From assembly GCA_965262415.1 (NCBI GenBank), contig OZ253533.1, forward strand, positions 1,131,222-1,195,221: a stretch of DNA of 64,000 nt, given 5' to 3'. Shown here piece after piece: positions 18,244 through 28,100 of this stretch. This DNA comes from Rhodospirillales bacterium. Lineage in GTDB: Bacteria > Pseudomonadota > Alphaproteobacteria > Rhodospirillales > Casp-alpha2. The first letter of the stretch is position 1. Each line of letters begins with the position of its first letter. The notes beneath the pieces are model-generated. The model saw only the letters and a list, made by a program, of their open reading frames with translations, was not told the DNA's origin and made no database searches. The position numbers were made by a program, and so were the translations under genes.

Positions 18244-19614
18244 TTATTGCGCGGCCTTCACGGGCCGCGCTTTTTTCATGACCGTGCCCACATCGTCGAC
18301 CTGATCGAGCGACCACACCGCGTCGACCAGCGCCGGTGCGTGTTTGCAGTCCGGGGCATAGTCGGCAGCAAGGGTCAGGAACTTGGTCTCGATCTCTTCG
18401 TCGGTGAGCGGCCGGGCGTCCGTGCCGCGCGCGCCGTCGACGACGATCTCCCGCGTTTCGCCCGATATCAGTTCGACGGCCATGCGCACACCGGCAACGT
18501 CGATACCGTCTTCGTCCGCCATGAAGACCTTTTCCCGGAAAGCCAGGTTGCCCGGATCGGCAACGGCCGCATCGGTAAACTGCCTAAGTCCCGCCTCGCC
18601 GGAGCGCAGTACCGCACTCACTGCGTGCTGTGCCGACACCTGTGCCTCGCGGCCCGTCGTCACGTACGGCCGGTCGGCGCGCTGGCGCAGCAGCGGATTC
18701 CCGAAAAGCGTGATCTTCGCAATCACGTCCACGGGAACACCCTGTTCCAGCAGGTCCATGCAGGCATCGATCACCGGGAACAGTACGACCCCGCCCGGAT
18801 AGGGCTTGTGGATGTTGTTCAGCACTTCCCAGCGGCCGCCGAGATCACCCGTGACCTCGTCGAAATCCGGATTGTCGCCGGTCACGCGCAGGAATCCGCG
18901 CGGCCCTTCCAGCGGGCGTTGGGGGCCGTCGAGGCCCCGTTCCGCCAGCAGTGCCGCCAGCAAACCGCCACGCGCAGCACCGCCGACACCGATGCTTTTC
19001 GCCATGAAACCGAGCGTCTCGACAAGGCCCGACGACTGTGCCGATGCCGCGCCGAGCGCATTGTTCATTTTCGCCGCATCTAGACCCAGCACCTTTCCCA
19101 CCGCCAGTGCTGCGCCGAACACGCCGCATGTCGCGGTGATGTGCCAGCCGCGTGCGTAGTGCCCGGGCGAGACGGCGTTGCCGATGCGGCATGCGGCCTC
19201 GGTCCCGAGCGCAAGCGCCAGAAGGAAACCTTCGCCGCTCACCTTCTGACGTTCCGCCAGCGCGAGGATCGCCGGCGCGACCGGTGCCGTCGGATGGATC
19301 ACGGTGCGGATATGCGTGTCGTCGTAGTCGTGCACGTTGCCGGCGGCGCCGTTGATGAACGCGGCGGTCATCGGGTCCGCCGTCGCTGCGCGTCCAATCA
19401 GGGTCGCGTCCCCTGCCCCCCTGAATTCATCCAGTACCGCCGCCGCCGTATCGAGCGCAATATCATGCGCACCGGCAAACGCGGTACCGAAGAAATTGAG
19501 CAAAGAGCGTTTCGTATTGTGCCGCACATCGTCGGGCAGGTCGGTCCACCTGAGATCGGCGGAGAACTCGGCCAGTGTTTGCGAGACGGGCGGCAGGTCG
19601 GTATTGGCAGGCAT
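18244..19614 (-). CDS. MmgE/PrpD-family protein
   Basis: Length and motifs (NGAAGNVHDYDDTH, HPTAPV) fit the 2-methylcitrate dehydratase superfamily. Start at MPANTD. Confidence 0.85.
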   Translation of the reverse strand: MPANTDLPPVSQTLAEFSADLRWTDLPDDVRHNTKRSLLNFFGTAFAGAHDIALDTAAAVLDEFRGAGDATLIGRAATADPMTAAFINGAAGNVHDYDDTHIRTVIHPTAPVAPAILALAERQKVSGEGFLLALALGTEAACRIGNAVSPGHYARGWHITATCGVFGAALAVGKVLGLDAAKMNNALGAASAQSSGLVETLGFMAKSIGVGGAARGGLLAALLAERGLDGPQRPLEGPRGFLRVTGDNPDFDEVTGDLGGRWEVLNNIHKPYPGGVVLFPVIDACMDLLEQGVPVDVIAKITLFGNPLLRQRADRPYVTTGREAQVSAQHAVSAVLRSGEAGLRQFTDAAVADPGNLAFREKVFMADEDGIDVAGVRMAVELISGETREIVVDGARGTDARPLTDEEIETKFLTLAADYAPDCKHAPALVDAVWSLDQVDDVGTVMKKARPVKAAQ

Positions 19615-19678
19615 GATGCGGCTTTCGTGCAGTGAACGGGAAGCGTATGAAGCTCTCGCCCACAATGCAATTAATCAC

Positions 19679-19765
19679 CGTCGCCCTGAACTCGATTCAG
19701 GGCCCATGAATTTTTCTGCTCACATGCCGAACCGTATGGGTCCCAAATCAAGTTTGGGACGACGG
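19679..19765. repeat. Intergenic palindromic repeat, family B, copy 1
   Basis: cgtcgccctgaactcgattcagggcc ... gggtcccaaatcaagtttgggacgacgg. Both end modules recur at 32928..33069. Confidence 0.7.
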
Positions 19766-19770
19766 CGTGA

Positions 19771-20448
19771 TCAGTCCGGGTCCTTGTCGAAATACGCCAG
19801 ATGCCCGGCGACGAACACGGCGAAGGCCGCCCCCAGAAACTGGAAAAGGATGAAGAACGGCGCGTCCGCGGGCTGGATGCCGGAAAACGTGTCCGTCAGA
19901 GAACGCGCGACGGTGACGGCCGGGTTGGCGAAACTGGTCGATGCCGTGAACCAGTAGGCTGCCGTGATATAGAGACCGACCATCCACGCCACCGCGTCCG
20001 GGCGATGGCGAACGGCGCCAAAGATCGTCAGCACGAGACCGAACGTCGCCACCGCCTCGGAGAACATCTGCGCCGGGCCCGAGCGAACCTTGGTCGACAG
20101 TTGGAATATCTGCTCCTCGAACATGGCGTGGGCGACGATCATGCCGGTCACCGCGCCTGCCACCTGAACGACGATGTAGACGAGCGCGTGGTTCTTTTCG
20201 ATTTCCTTGCGCAGCATGAACGCGAACGTCACGGCCGGATTGAAATGCGCCCCCGAGAGCGGACCGAAAACGGTGATCAGCACGACCAGCATGGCACCGG
20301 TGGCGATGGTGTTGCCGAGAAGCGCAATGGCGACGTTCCCGTCGGCCAGGCGCTCGGCCATGATGCCCGAGCCTATGACGGTCGCCAGAAGGCCCGCCGT
20401 GCCGACGAATTCCGACAGCAGGCGGCGTTGAAACGGATGCATGGTCAT
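19771..20448 (-). CDS. MIP-family aquaglyceroporin (AqpS-like, arsenite channel context)
   Basis: Two NPA boxes (HFNPAV, FANPAV) and six predicted TM helices. Last gene of the arsR-arsC operon. Confidence 0.88.
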   Translation of the reverse strand: MTMHPFQRRLLSEFVGTAGLLATVIGSGIMAERLADGNVAIALLGNTIATGAMLVVLITVFGPLSGAHFNPAVTFAFMLRKEIEKNHALVYIVVQVAGAVTGMIVAHAMFEEQIFQLSTKVRSGPAQMFSEAVATFGLVLTIFGAVRHRPDAVAWMVGLYITAAYWFTASTSFANPAVTVARSLTDTFSGIQPADAPFFILFQFLGAAFAVFVAGHLAYFDKDPD

Positions 20449-20464
20449 TCAGGTCACTCTCTGC

Positions 20465-20986
20465 TCAGGCACTGTCGGGAAGAGTCTGCCCGATTTCGTT
20501 GAGACGCGCCTGCAGGCTCATCTTGTCGAGCGAGCGCAACGGCAGGTTCACGAAGATCGAAATCCGGTTCGTCATGAAACGGTAGGTATCTGCAAAAGCC
20601 AGCCGCTTTTCGGCTTCCGTACCCTCGGCTGCTGCCGGATCCGGCACGCCCCAGTGCGCCGTCATCGGTTGTCCCGGCCAGATCGGGCAGACTTCGCCGG
20701 CGGCGTTGTCACAGACCGTGAACACGAAATCGAGCTCGGGGGCGCCGTCCGCCTCGAATTCGTCCCAGTTTTTCGAGCGCAATTCGTCGACCGGGTGATT
20801 GTTCGCTTTCAGGAGGTCGAGCGCATAGGGATGCACCTTGCCTGTCGGGTTCGAACCTGCCGAAAAGGCACGGAACCGGCCCATCCCTTCGCGGTTCAGG
20901 ATCGCCTCGGCAAGGATCGAGCGCGCCGAGTTGCCGGTACACAGAAACAGAACATTCTTCAGCTTGTTGTCGTTGCCGTTATTCAT
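20465..20986 (-). CDS. arsC: Arsenate reductase, LMW-PTPase type
   Basis: VLFLCTGNSARSILAEA P-loop and downstream Cys pair (VCDNAAGEVCP). Confidence 0.9.
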   Translation of the reverse strand: MNNGNDNKLKNVLFLCTGNSARSILAEAILNREGMGRFRAFSAGSNPTGKVHPYALDLLKANNHPVDELRSKNWDEFEADGAPELDFVFTVCDNAAGEVCPIWPGQPMTAHWGVPDPAAAEGTEAEKRLAFADTYRFMTNRISIFVNLPLRSLDKMSLQARLNEIGQTLPDSA

Positions 20987-21333
20987 GACGAAATTTCCTC
21001 CAACTCTCGGGCCGTTTTACCGCCGTTCAGTTCCGCGCAGATTTCCGGGTGACCGGCACAGCATTCCTCGGTCAGGAAACCGAGCAGATCACGCATCAGG
21101 TCAAGATTGACGGCGTAGCGGACATGCCGTCCATCGCGCCGGGAATAAAGCACACCCGCGCGTTCCAGCGTGCTCAGATGGAACGACATGCGGGTCGGCT
21201 GCACGCCGAGTTCCTCGGCGATATGCCCTGACGCCATGCCCGCCTTGCCAGCGCCGAGCACCAGCCGGAACGCCGCCAGCCGGTCGCTTTGGGCAAGCGC
21301 GCCGAGCGCCGCTATTGCATTGTCGCTTTCCAT
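20983..21333 (-). CDS. arsR: ArsR/SmtB-family metalloregulator
   Basis: wHTH MASGHIAEELGVQPTRMSFHLSTLERAGV and C-terminal Cys cluster EECCAGHPEIC. Overlaps the arsC start. Confidence 0.85.
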   Translation of the reverse strand: MESDNAIAALGALAQSDRLAAFRLVLGAGKAGMASGHIAEELGVQPTRMSFHLSTLERAGVLYSRRDGRHVRYAVNLDLMRDLLGFLTEECCAGHPEICAELNGGKTARELEEISS

Positions 21334-21394
21334 ACAACACTACAAGAATATTTGTAGTGTTTTCTCAAGTGAAAAGTTTGTGACGTCAATCAAT

Positions 21395-21537
21395 CGTCAT
21401 CCCGGACGTTAGTCGAGCCGAAAGCGATTAGCTTTCGAATGCGAGACTTGCCGATCCGGGACCCATGGAACGGCTTGCAGCATGCTTTGCAATGGGTCCC
21501 GGGTCTCGCCGGCAATCGCCGACTCGCCCGGGATGAC
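21395..21537. repeat. Intergenic palindromic repeat, family A, copy 2
   Basis: cgtcatcccggacg ... gatccgggaccca ... gggtcccgggtctcgccggcaatcgccg ... cgcccgggatgac. Same architecture as 4771..4910. Confidence 0.75.
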
Positions 21538-21548
21538 AAAAGTGATAT

Positions 21549-22337
21549 TTACTCCGGTACCGGACCGTCCGGGATAACACCGCCGGTCAGGTCCTCACCG
21601 GGAACGGAGAGCCTGCCGGTTGGAATTTCGAGGGCCCAGCCGTGGGTGACGGGGACGGACTCGACCCGGTACCCGCGGGCGCGTGTCACCTCGCCCAGTA
21701 CCCGGGCACCGGCATACTTGCGGAGGATGGCAGCGAACAGCTCGGCGTCGGCGTCCACGTCGCCGTCGACCCAGACTTCGACCGGCGTACGGCCGAGGTT
21801 GAGCATCGGTTTCGGCACGGTCCAGTCGACGGCGCGGCCGGTCGAATGTCTGAGTTGGAAGGCACGCTCGCGCTCGCCGATGAACAACGACGCGACGCGG
21901 CGCATGTTGTCGAGGTTGCCGTCGCCATTCATGCGCCTGAGATCGAGGATGATCCTACTGACCTTCGTTTCGTCCTCCCTGCCCGCGCCGAGCACCGCGT
22001 TGGCGACGGCACGGGTGTTGAACCGGCGCAAAACGATGATCAGCCGCCCGTCCGCGCCGAGCGTCACGATGTCGATCGGCGGCTTACGTGTCCAACCTTC
22101 AGGTTTGTCGGCATCCGGCTCAGCCGGCACGATCGCCGCGCCGTCACCGATACGGTCTTTCAGGAAACGGGCGACGCAGAGCGCATCGCGATCGCAGGCG
22201 CGCCGCAGCACATCCGGCGCGGGCACGTCGTGACCGGCGGCGGCAACCGCGCTACTCAGCTCCCGGATGTCATCCGACGCCGCGGCGGGCGCGGCCAGAA
22301 CGGCAAGTATCAGTGCGACGGCAGGTCTCGAGTTCAT
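21549..22337 (-). CDS. Secreted S41 (C-terminal processing peptidase)-like protein, probably catalytically inactive
   Basis: Signal peptide MNSRPAVALILAVLAAPAAA. S41-like blocks IILDLRRMNGDGN, GARVLGEVTRARG and GVIPD. The 477-aa ORF was trimmed because its 5' part overlaps cbiX on the opposite strand and has no signal peptide. Confidence 0.6.
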   Translation of the reverse strand: MNSRPAVALILAVLAAPAAASDDIRELSSAVAAAGHDVPAPDVLRRACDRDALCVARFLKDRIGDGAAIVPAEPDADKPEGWTRKPPIDIVTLGADGRLIIVLRRFNTRAVANAVLGAGREDETKVSRIILDLRRMNGDGNLDNMRRVASLFIGERERAFQLRHSTGRAVDWTVPKPMLNLGRTPVEVWVDGDVDADAELFAAILRKYAGARVLGEVTRARGYRVESVPVTHGWALEIPTGRLSVPGEDLTGGVIPDGPVPE

Positions 22338-22508
22338 GGCGTGAAACATACGCTTCCGGTCGTTAAGATTGGGTATGCACGGTGGATTGCAGAGGTGACC
22401 TGCGAAGCCCATGATACACGTGAATGGTAGCCGATTAATCCGCCCGGGCGGTGATCCGAAGAACGCCGCCGGACGGATAATACCTGAACCGCAGGAAAGC
22501 AGAACCGC

Positions 22509-23255
22509 ATGTCCCTTGTCGATACGCAAACCCGGAACGTCTGCGTCGTGCTCGCCGCACACGGGTCGGCGCGCCGTCCCGACGCCAATGCGACAGTCGC
22601 GGCTCACGCCGCGCGGATGTCCGACGAAGGCCCGTTCCGCCAGGTCGTGACGGCCTTCCTGTTGGGCGACACGGCCCCCGCCGACATCGCCGGGGATATC
22701 GACGCGGAGACGGTCGTGATCGTGCCGTTCATGATGTCGGACGGCTATCTGGCGGACGCGATATCGGCGAAACTCCAGTGCGCGCTTAAAGAACGGCCCG
22801 GCAGCCCTCATATCGCCGTCACGCCCCCCGTCGGCACGCATGAAGCCGTTGCCGACATCGCCCGTGAAAAGGCGCGGCGGGCACTGAAAAGTGCCGGTCT
22901 CGATCCGGCGCGGGCAACCGTTGTTCTGGTTGCGCACGGCTCCGGCGGCCGCCCTGAATCGAAAGCAGCCGGCGAGGTGCACGTGAACCGTCTGGCCCAG
23001 GCGGGCGATTTCGGCGCGGTCCGACTGGCCACCCTCGAAGAAGCCCCCTTCCTGGACGACGTGCTAGCCGACATCGACGGCCCCGCCGCCGTCGTCGGCC
23101 TGTTCGCAGCCCCCGGCGGCCACGCGATCGACGATATCAGGGCTGCCATCGCCCGGCTGGACCGGAAAGATATCATCGATGCCGGTCCGGTCGGCACCGA
23201 CCCGGCGATGACGGCCATCGCCGTCATGCGTGCAACGGCGGCGCTGGAAAGCTAG
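22509..23255 (+). CDS. CbiX/SirB-type chelatase (two-half long form)
   Basis: Duplicated V(V/L)(L/V)AAHGS modules (VCVVLAAHGSARRP and VVLVAHGSGGRP). Confidence 0.75.
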   Translation: MSLVDTQTRNVCVVLAAHGSARRPDANATVAAHAARMSDEGPFRQVVTAFLLGDTAPADIAGDIDAETVVIVPFMMSDGYLADAISAKLQCALKERPGSPHIAVTPPVGTHEAVADIAREKARRALKSAGLDPARATVVLVAHGSGGRPESKAAGEVHVNRLAQAGDFGAVRLATLEEAPFLDDVLADIDGPAAVVGLFAAPGGHAIDDIRAAIARLDRKDIIDAGPVGTDPAMTAIAVMRATAALES

Positions 23256-23358
23256 GCCAGTCGTCCCGGACAGCCGTGCAACGAGGCGGTTTTACCCTGC
23301 CCGGATCAGCGGTGTAGAGTGTCCCCGGGGATTGAACATTCAGGCAAAGTTCCGCGAC

Positions 23359-25309
23359 ATGACACGTATCGAGTTTCCGGGCCGCTTTCTGTTTTTGTCG
23401 GACGACCCGGCGAAGCTGGCAGCGCAATTTGCGGGCGCCGACCTGACGCCGGACGAGGCGCACCCGTTCAGAAGCGACGTTTCCACCGACGAGATCACGC
23501 CGATCCCGACGCTCGTTCACTACGATGAGAAGATTGCCCGCTTCGCACACACTGGGTTCGAAACGCAGGGACAGACACCGATCGGCGAGGCCGCTATTCT
23601 TGATGGCGGTTTTTCCGTGATCGTCGGCGGCATGCGTTACGGCAAGGGATCGTCGCGCGAACACAGCCCGCTTTCCGAGATCCGCGCCGGTATCAAGCTG
23701 ATCATCGCCGAAAGCTTCGAACGGCTTTACCGGCAGAATGCGGACAACCTCGGGCTTTTCACATCGACGGATTTCGGCCTGATCGACCGTATCCGCTCCG
23801 GCGAAGCGATCCAAATCGAAGATCTGCTGGAAGGACGCGACGAGCAGGCCAAGGACATCCTTCGTGCGGGCGGCCTGCTTGGGTACGGCCAGAAGATTGC
23901 GCCGACGGCAAAGGCGATATCCGCGCGGCAGAGCACTCAGGACGGCCCCAAAACCCTCGTCGAGAAGATCATTGCCCGCCATGCGGTCGAGATCGACGGC
24001 AAGCCCTGGGACCTGACGACCGGATCTGCGGGCTTCGTGCGCCCGGCGTGGCGTTATTTCCACGACATCTACACGGCGATGTGCGGCCATATGCTGGAAG
24101 CCTTCTTCGGCGACGGCCTCACATTCCACGATCCCGCCACCGTGGTCTCGTTCGAGGATCATTACTCGTATGCGCACCGGCCCGAAGTGAACGCGAAGGC
24201 GGACCGGACGCCCGGAATCCGGCGCATGTCCGACGGTCACCGCGCCTTCGTCGGCAAGTACGGCCTGCATGATCACGGCTATCTGCAGGGTGAGGAAGGG
24301 TCCGAAGGCATTTCCCACGCCATGATGACCGAGCACTATGTCCTGCCGGGTCAACTGGCGGCGGGCACGGATTCTCACACGCCGCATTGCGGTGCGCTGG
24401 GCGCACTGGCCTACGGGGATCGGCAGCACCGAGATGTCGAATGCGCTGATGACCGGTCTGACCCGCATCAAGGTGCCGGAGACGGTTCGCGTCAATCTGA
24501 ACGGCACGATCCCCGCCGGTGTCATGGCCAAGGACATCGTGCTGCACCTGCTGGCCGATCCGTTCGTCCATGAAGGCGGCGGCATCGGCTGTGTGTTCGA
24601 ATTCGGGGGGCCGGCAGCGGCCGAACTATCGACGGACGAACGCGCGACATTCACCAACATGACGGCCGAGATGGGCGGTCTTAGCGGCATTTTCGCCCCT
24701 GATGCCGAAACCTGCCGGTTCCTGAGGGAACGGCGCGGCATCGATTTCAATGTTGAACCCTGGATGAAAAGCGATCCCGGCGCCCGGTACGCGCAGGTGA
24801 TTGACATCGACTGCGCCGGGCTCTCGCCCATGCTGGCGTCGCCCGGCGATCCCGGCAACGGCCTCAGGGTGCTGGATCTCGCCGACACAATTTCGGTGGA
24901 TATCGCCTATGGCGGGTCATGCACCGCCGGAAAGCGGGAAGATTTCGACGGCTACCATGAAGTTCTGAAATGGGCCGCAGACAGCGGATACAAGGTGCCG
25001 GACAACGTGAATCTCTATCTGCAGTTCGGCACCACGGCGGTCCGGGACTACTGCGAGGAACGCGGCTATCTGGCTGCTTTCGAAGCCGTCGGCGCCGAAA
25101 TCCTGCAACCAGCCTGCGGTGCATGCGCCGGATGCGGCCCCGGCCTGTCATTGAACCCGGATCAGGTGACGGTCAGCGCGATAAACAGGAATTTTCCCGG
25201 GCGATCGGGGCCCGGCAAGGTCTGGCTGGCAAGTCCCAAAACCGTGGCTGCCAGCGCCATCGCGGGCCGAATCGTCTCGTTCGACGATCTGAAAAAGTCG
25301 TCCGTCTGA
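23359..25309 (+). pseudogene. Fused aconitase-family dehydratase (LeuD-like swivel domain N-terminal to LeuC-like catalytic domain), interrupted by a +1 frameshift
   Basis: ORFs 23230..24573 and 24338..25309 together make one protein. GTDSHTPHCGALGALAYG (frame 1) continues as IGSTEMSNALMTG (frame 2) across the G4 run at 24415..24418. Also GSSREHS, GGSCTAGKREDF and ACGACAGCGPG motifs. Confidence 0.75.
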
Positions 25310-25325
25310 GCCCCGAAACGACAAA

Positions 25326-25346
25326 GGCCCCGACGATGCCGGGGCC
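25326..25346. terminator. Hairpin between convergent genes (ggccccg-acgatgc-cggggcc)
   Basis: Perfect 7-bp GC stem. On the minus strand it is followed by TTTGTCGTTTCGG. Confidence 0.55.
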
Positions 25347-25375
25347 CTGTCATACAAGATTGCTCTTGCGCTGAA

Positions 25376-25546
25376 TTACGCTGCAGCACCTTCGCGCCAC
25401 GCCGCCGTACCCTTGCAAGACGGGCACACCCGCTCACCGTAGTGGTGAGACTGGAAGTTTTCGCTGCACATCAAGCACTTGCGCTTTTTGTGCTGCTCGG
25501 GGCGATCGGACGTCGGTTTCTTGTTATCAGAGCTTCGAGAAGCCAT
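25376..25546 (-). CDS. 56-aa basic C4 zinc-ribbon protein (below the ORF-track length cutoff)
   Basis: Hand translation gives MASRSSDNKKPTSDRPEQHKKRKCLMCSENFQSHHYGERVCPSCKGTAAWREGAAA. AGGAGG lies 7 nt upstream. Its ATG overlaps the stop of the preceding ORF (TAATG). Confidence 0.55.
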   Translation of the reverse strand: MASRSSDNKKPTSDRPEQHKKRKCLMCSENFQSHHYGERVCPSCKGTAAWREGAAA

Positions 25547-25737
25547 TAGGCAGCCTCCTGGTGGATTAAGTCCTTTCCAACCATCGGCGAGGTGCGGGCC
25601 ATGATACGATTGCTCAGATTCAGGAGTTCTGCAGCTTCATCCAGACAGGCAGAATCAACGTCGCCGCCCTGCATTTCGCGGGCGAGCAGTGCGGACGCTT
25701 CGTCCGCGAGAAATTTTACCAAGTCCAAGCGTTGCAT
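25546..25737 (-). CDS. Hypothetical 63-aa acidic helical protein
   Basis: ORF with host-like codon bias, apparently translationally coupled to the zinc-ribbon ORF. Confidence 0.5.
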   Translation of the reverse strand: MQRLDLVKFLADEASALLAREMQGGDVDSACLDEAAELLNLSNRIMARTSPMVGKDLIHQEAA

Positions 25738-26134
25738 CTTCGTTACTCCTTAAGCGATCCTCATAAGTCATGCCCCGCCTTGTAATACCATTGTAATCGC
25801 GGCGCAACAAAAAATGCTGCACTGCAGCAAAATTCTTCAAACTCGAATTTTACTAACGATTACCTTGGCTTAGGCGTCTGGACGACCTCACTTGCTGGTT
25901 AGATCCTCAAGATGAAGACGTATAATTTCACAAATCCTGAAAAAAGTCCACAATTTCAGGCGAAAATTTGGGTCCCTGCCCCTGACGTCTCCGCCGAAGG
26001 CCTCTTCAAAGAGGTCAAAATATCGCCATCTGATTAATAAATATGCATTTAAAAGTGCCCGATTTCCTCGCACCTAACTGAGAAAAAGCCCCTAACCCCT
26101 TATAAATAAAGGAAGGTGCCTTTCGGGTAAAAAT

Positions 26135-26150
26135 TGGCACGATCCGTGCT
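26135..26150 (+). promoter_or_regulatory. Sigma-54 (-24/-12) promoter upstream of glnB
   Basis: TTGGCACGATCCGTGCTG against the consensus YTGGCACGrNNNTTGCW. GG and GC are at the canonical 12-nt register, about 85 nt upstream of the glnB ATG. Confidence 0.7.
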
Positions 26151-26229
26151 GTTTAGCGCGTGAAACTATTGGTTTTCATATTTCAAGTCAGGCGAACCGC
26201 CGCCGACCGCGTTTGACCGAGGGGTTTAA

Positions 26230-26574
<345 letters not shown>

Positions 26575-26647
26575 CGGCGTCGCCGCATCGTTCCCGCTCA
26601 ACGGATAATCAACTAAACCACACCGAGTTAGGAAGGAAGGACTAGAA

Positions 26648-28069
26648 ATGGGATTGGATATTAAGTCTCCGAGCGATGTTCTTAAGTACGTTAAGGACAA
26701 CGAAATCGGTTATGTCGACCTGCGCTTTACGGACCCGCGCGGCAAGTGGCAGCACCTGACGATGGTGTCCGACTTCATCGAAGAAGAAACCTTCGAAGAC
26801 GGCATCATGTTCGACGGCTCGTCGATCGCCGGCTGGAAGGCCATCAATGAATCGGATATGGCGCTCATTCCGGACGCCTCGACCGCGGTCATGGACCCGT
26901 TCTCCGCACAGCCGATGCTGATCCTGAACTGCGACATCGTCGAGCCGACCAACGGTCAGCCGTACGAACGCGATCCGCGCTCCGTCGCCAAGAAGGCCGA
27001 AGCCTACCTCGGCTCCACCGGCATCGGCGACACTGCCTACTTCGGTGCCGAGCCGGAATTCTTCGTGTTCGACGACGTCCGCTACAAGGTCGACATGAAC
27101 GAGTGCTACTACGGTTTCACCTCCGAAGAAGGCCCGTATGTCACCGGCACCGTGTTCGATGACGGCAACCTGGGCCACCGCCCGGGCGTCAAGGGCGGCT
27201 ACTTCCCGGTACCGCCGGTCGATCAGGCGCACGACATCCGCGCCGAAATGGTCTCGGTGTGCATGGAAATGGGCCTGGTCATGGACAAGCACCACCACGA
27301 AGTGGCGCCGTCGCAGCACGAGCTGGGCATGGCGTTCTCGACGCTGGTGCGCGCTGCCGACAACGTGCAGATCTACAAGTACTGCGTGCATATGGTTGCT
27401 GCCACCTACGGCAAGACCGCGACCTTCATGCCGAAGCCGGTTGCCGGCGACAACGGTACGGGCATGCACACCCACCAGTCGATCTGGAAAGACGGCAAGC
27501 CGAACTTCGCCGGTTCGGGTTACGCCGATCTCTCCGACGAGGCGCTCTACTACATCGGCGGTATCATCAAGCACGCGAAGGCCATTAACGCCTTCACCAA
27601 CCCGTCGACCAACTCCTACAAGCGTCTTATCCCGGGCTTCGAAGCGCCGGTGCTGCTGGCCTACTCGGCCCGCAACCGTTCTGCTTCGTGCCGGATCCCG
27701 TTCTCGGGTTCGCCGAAAGGCAAGCGCGTCGAAATCCGCTTCCCGGATGCGACCGCCAACCCGTATCTCGCCTTCTCGGCGATGATGATGGCCGGCCTCG
27801 ACGGCATCCAGAACAAGATCCACCCGGGCGATGCCATGGACAAGGACCTGTACGACCTGCCGCCGGAAGAACTGGCCGACGTGCCGACGGTTTGCGGCTC
27901 GCTGCGTGAAGCCATCGAAAGCCTCGATGCGGACCGCGGGTTCCTGACCAAGGGCGATGTGTTCACCGACGATCAGATCGATGGCTACATGGATCTGAAG
28001 TGGGAAGAAATCTACAACTTCGAACACACGCCGCACCCGGTCGAGTTCATGATGTACTACTCTTCCTAA
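26648..28069 (+). CDS. glnA: Glutamine synthetase type I
   Basis: GS-I length and motifs ([25 protein letters not shown], adenylylation-site context [10 protein letters not shown]). Confidence 0.96.
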   Translation: MGLDIKSPSDVLKYVKDNEIGYVDLRFTDPRGKWQHLTMVSDFIEEETFEDGIMFDGSSIAGWKAINESDMALIPDASTAVMDPFSAQPMLILNCDIVEPTNGQPYERDPRSVAKKAEAYLGSTGIGDTAYFGAEPEFFVFDDVRYKVDMNECYYGFTSEEGPYVTGTVFDDGNLGHRPGVKGGYFPVPPVDQAHDIRAEMVSVCMEMGLVMDKHHHEVAPSQHELGMAFSTLVRAADNVQIYKYCVHMVAATYGKTATFMPKPVAGDNGTGMHTHQSIWKDGKPNFAGSGYADLSDEALYYIGGIIKHAKAINAFTNPSTNSYKRLIPGFEAPVLLAYSARNRSASCRIPFSGSPKGKRVEIRFPDATANPYLAFSAMMMAGLDGIQNKIHPGDAMDKDLYDLPPEELADVPTVCGSLREAIESLDADRGFLTKGDVFTDDQIDGYMDLKWEEIYNFEHTPHPVEFMMYYSS

Positions 28070-28100
28070 CGCGGACCCGGGGCGTAAGCCCTGCCGTGGG

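Noticed and set aside
22338-22508. Possible cobalamin riboswitch in the leader of the CbiX-like gene
   Set aside because: There is some superficial resemblance (GCAGAGGTGACCTGCG against the B12 box; GGGTATGCACGGTGGATT). However, the conserved GCCACTG / CCCGCnACTG core is absent and the element order is wrong. A covariance-model scan (RF00174) would settle it.
21549-22982. Full 477-aa version of the S41-like ORF
   Set aside because: The 5' 215 codons overlap cbiX on the other strand and look like shadow sequence. A good signal peptide starts at the internal Met (22337).
23224-24888. 554-aa minus-strand ORF
   Set aside because: Antisense shadow of the aconitase-family gene. It has no recognisable domain and an Arg-rich composition.
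25888-26073. 61-aa minus-strand ORF in the glnB upstream region
   Set aside because: It lies in the AT-rich promoter region, has an odd composition (W/F/R-rich) and no RBS, and overlaps putative enhancer sites.
26642-28036. 464-aa minus-strand ORF
   Set aside because: Antisense to glnA, which is certain.
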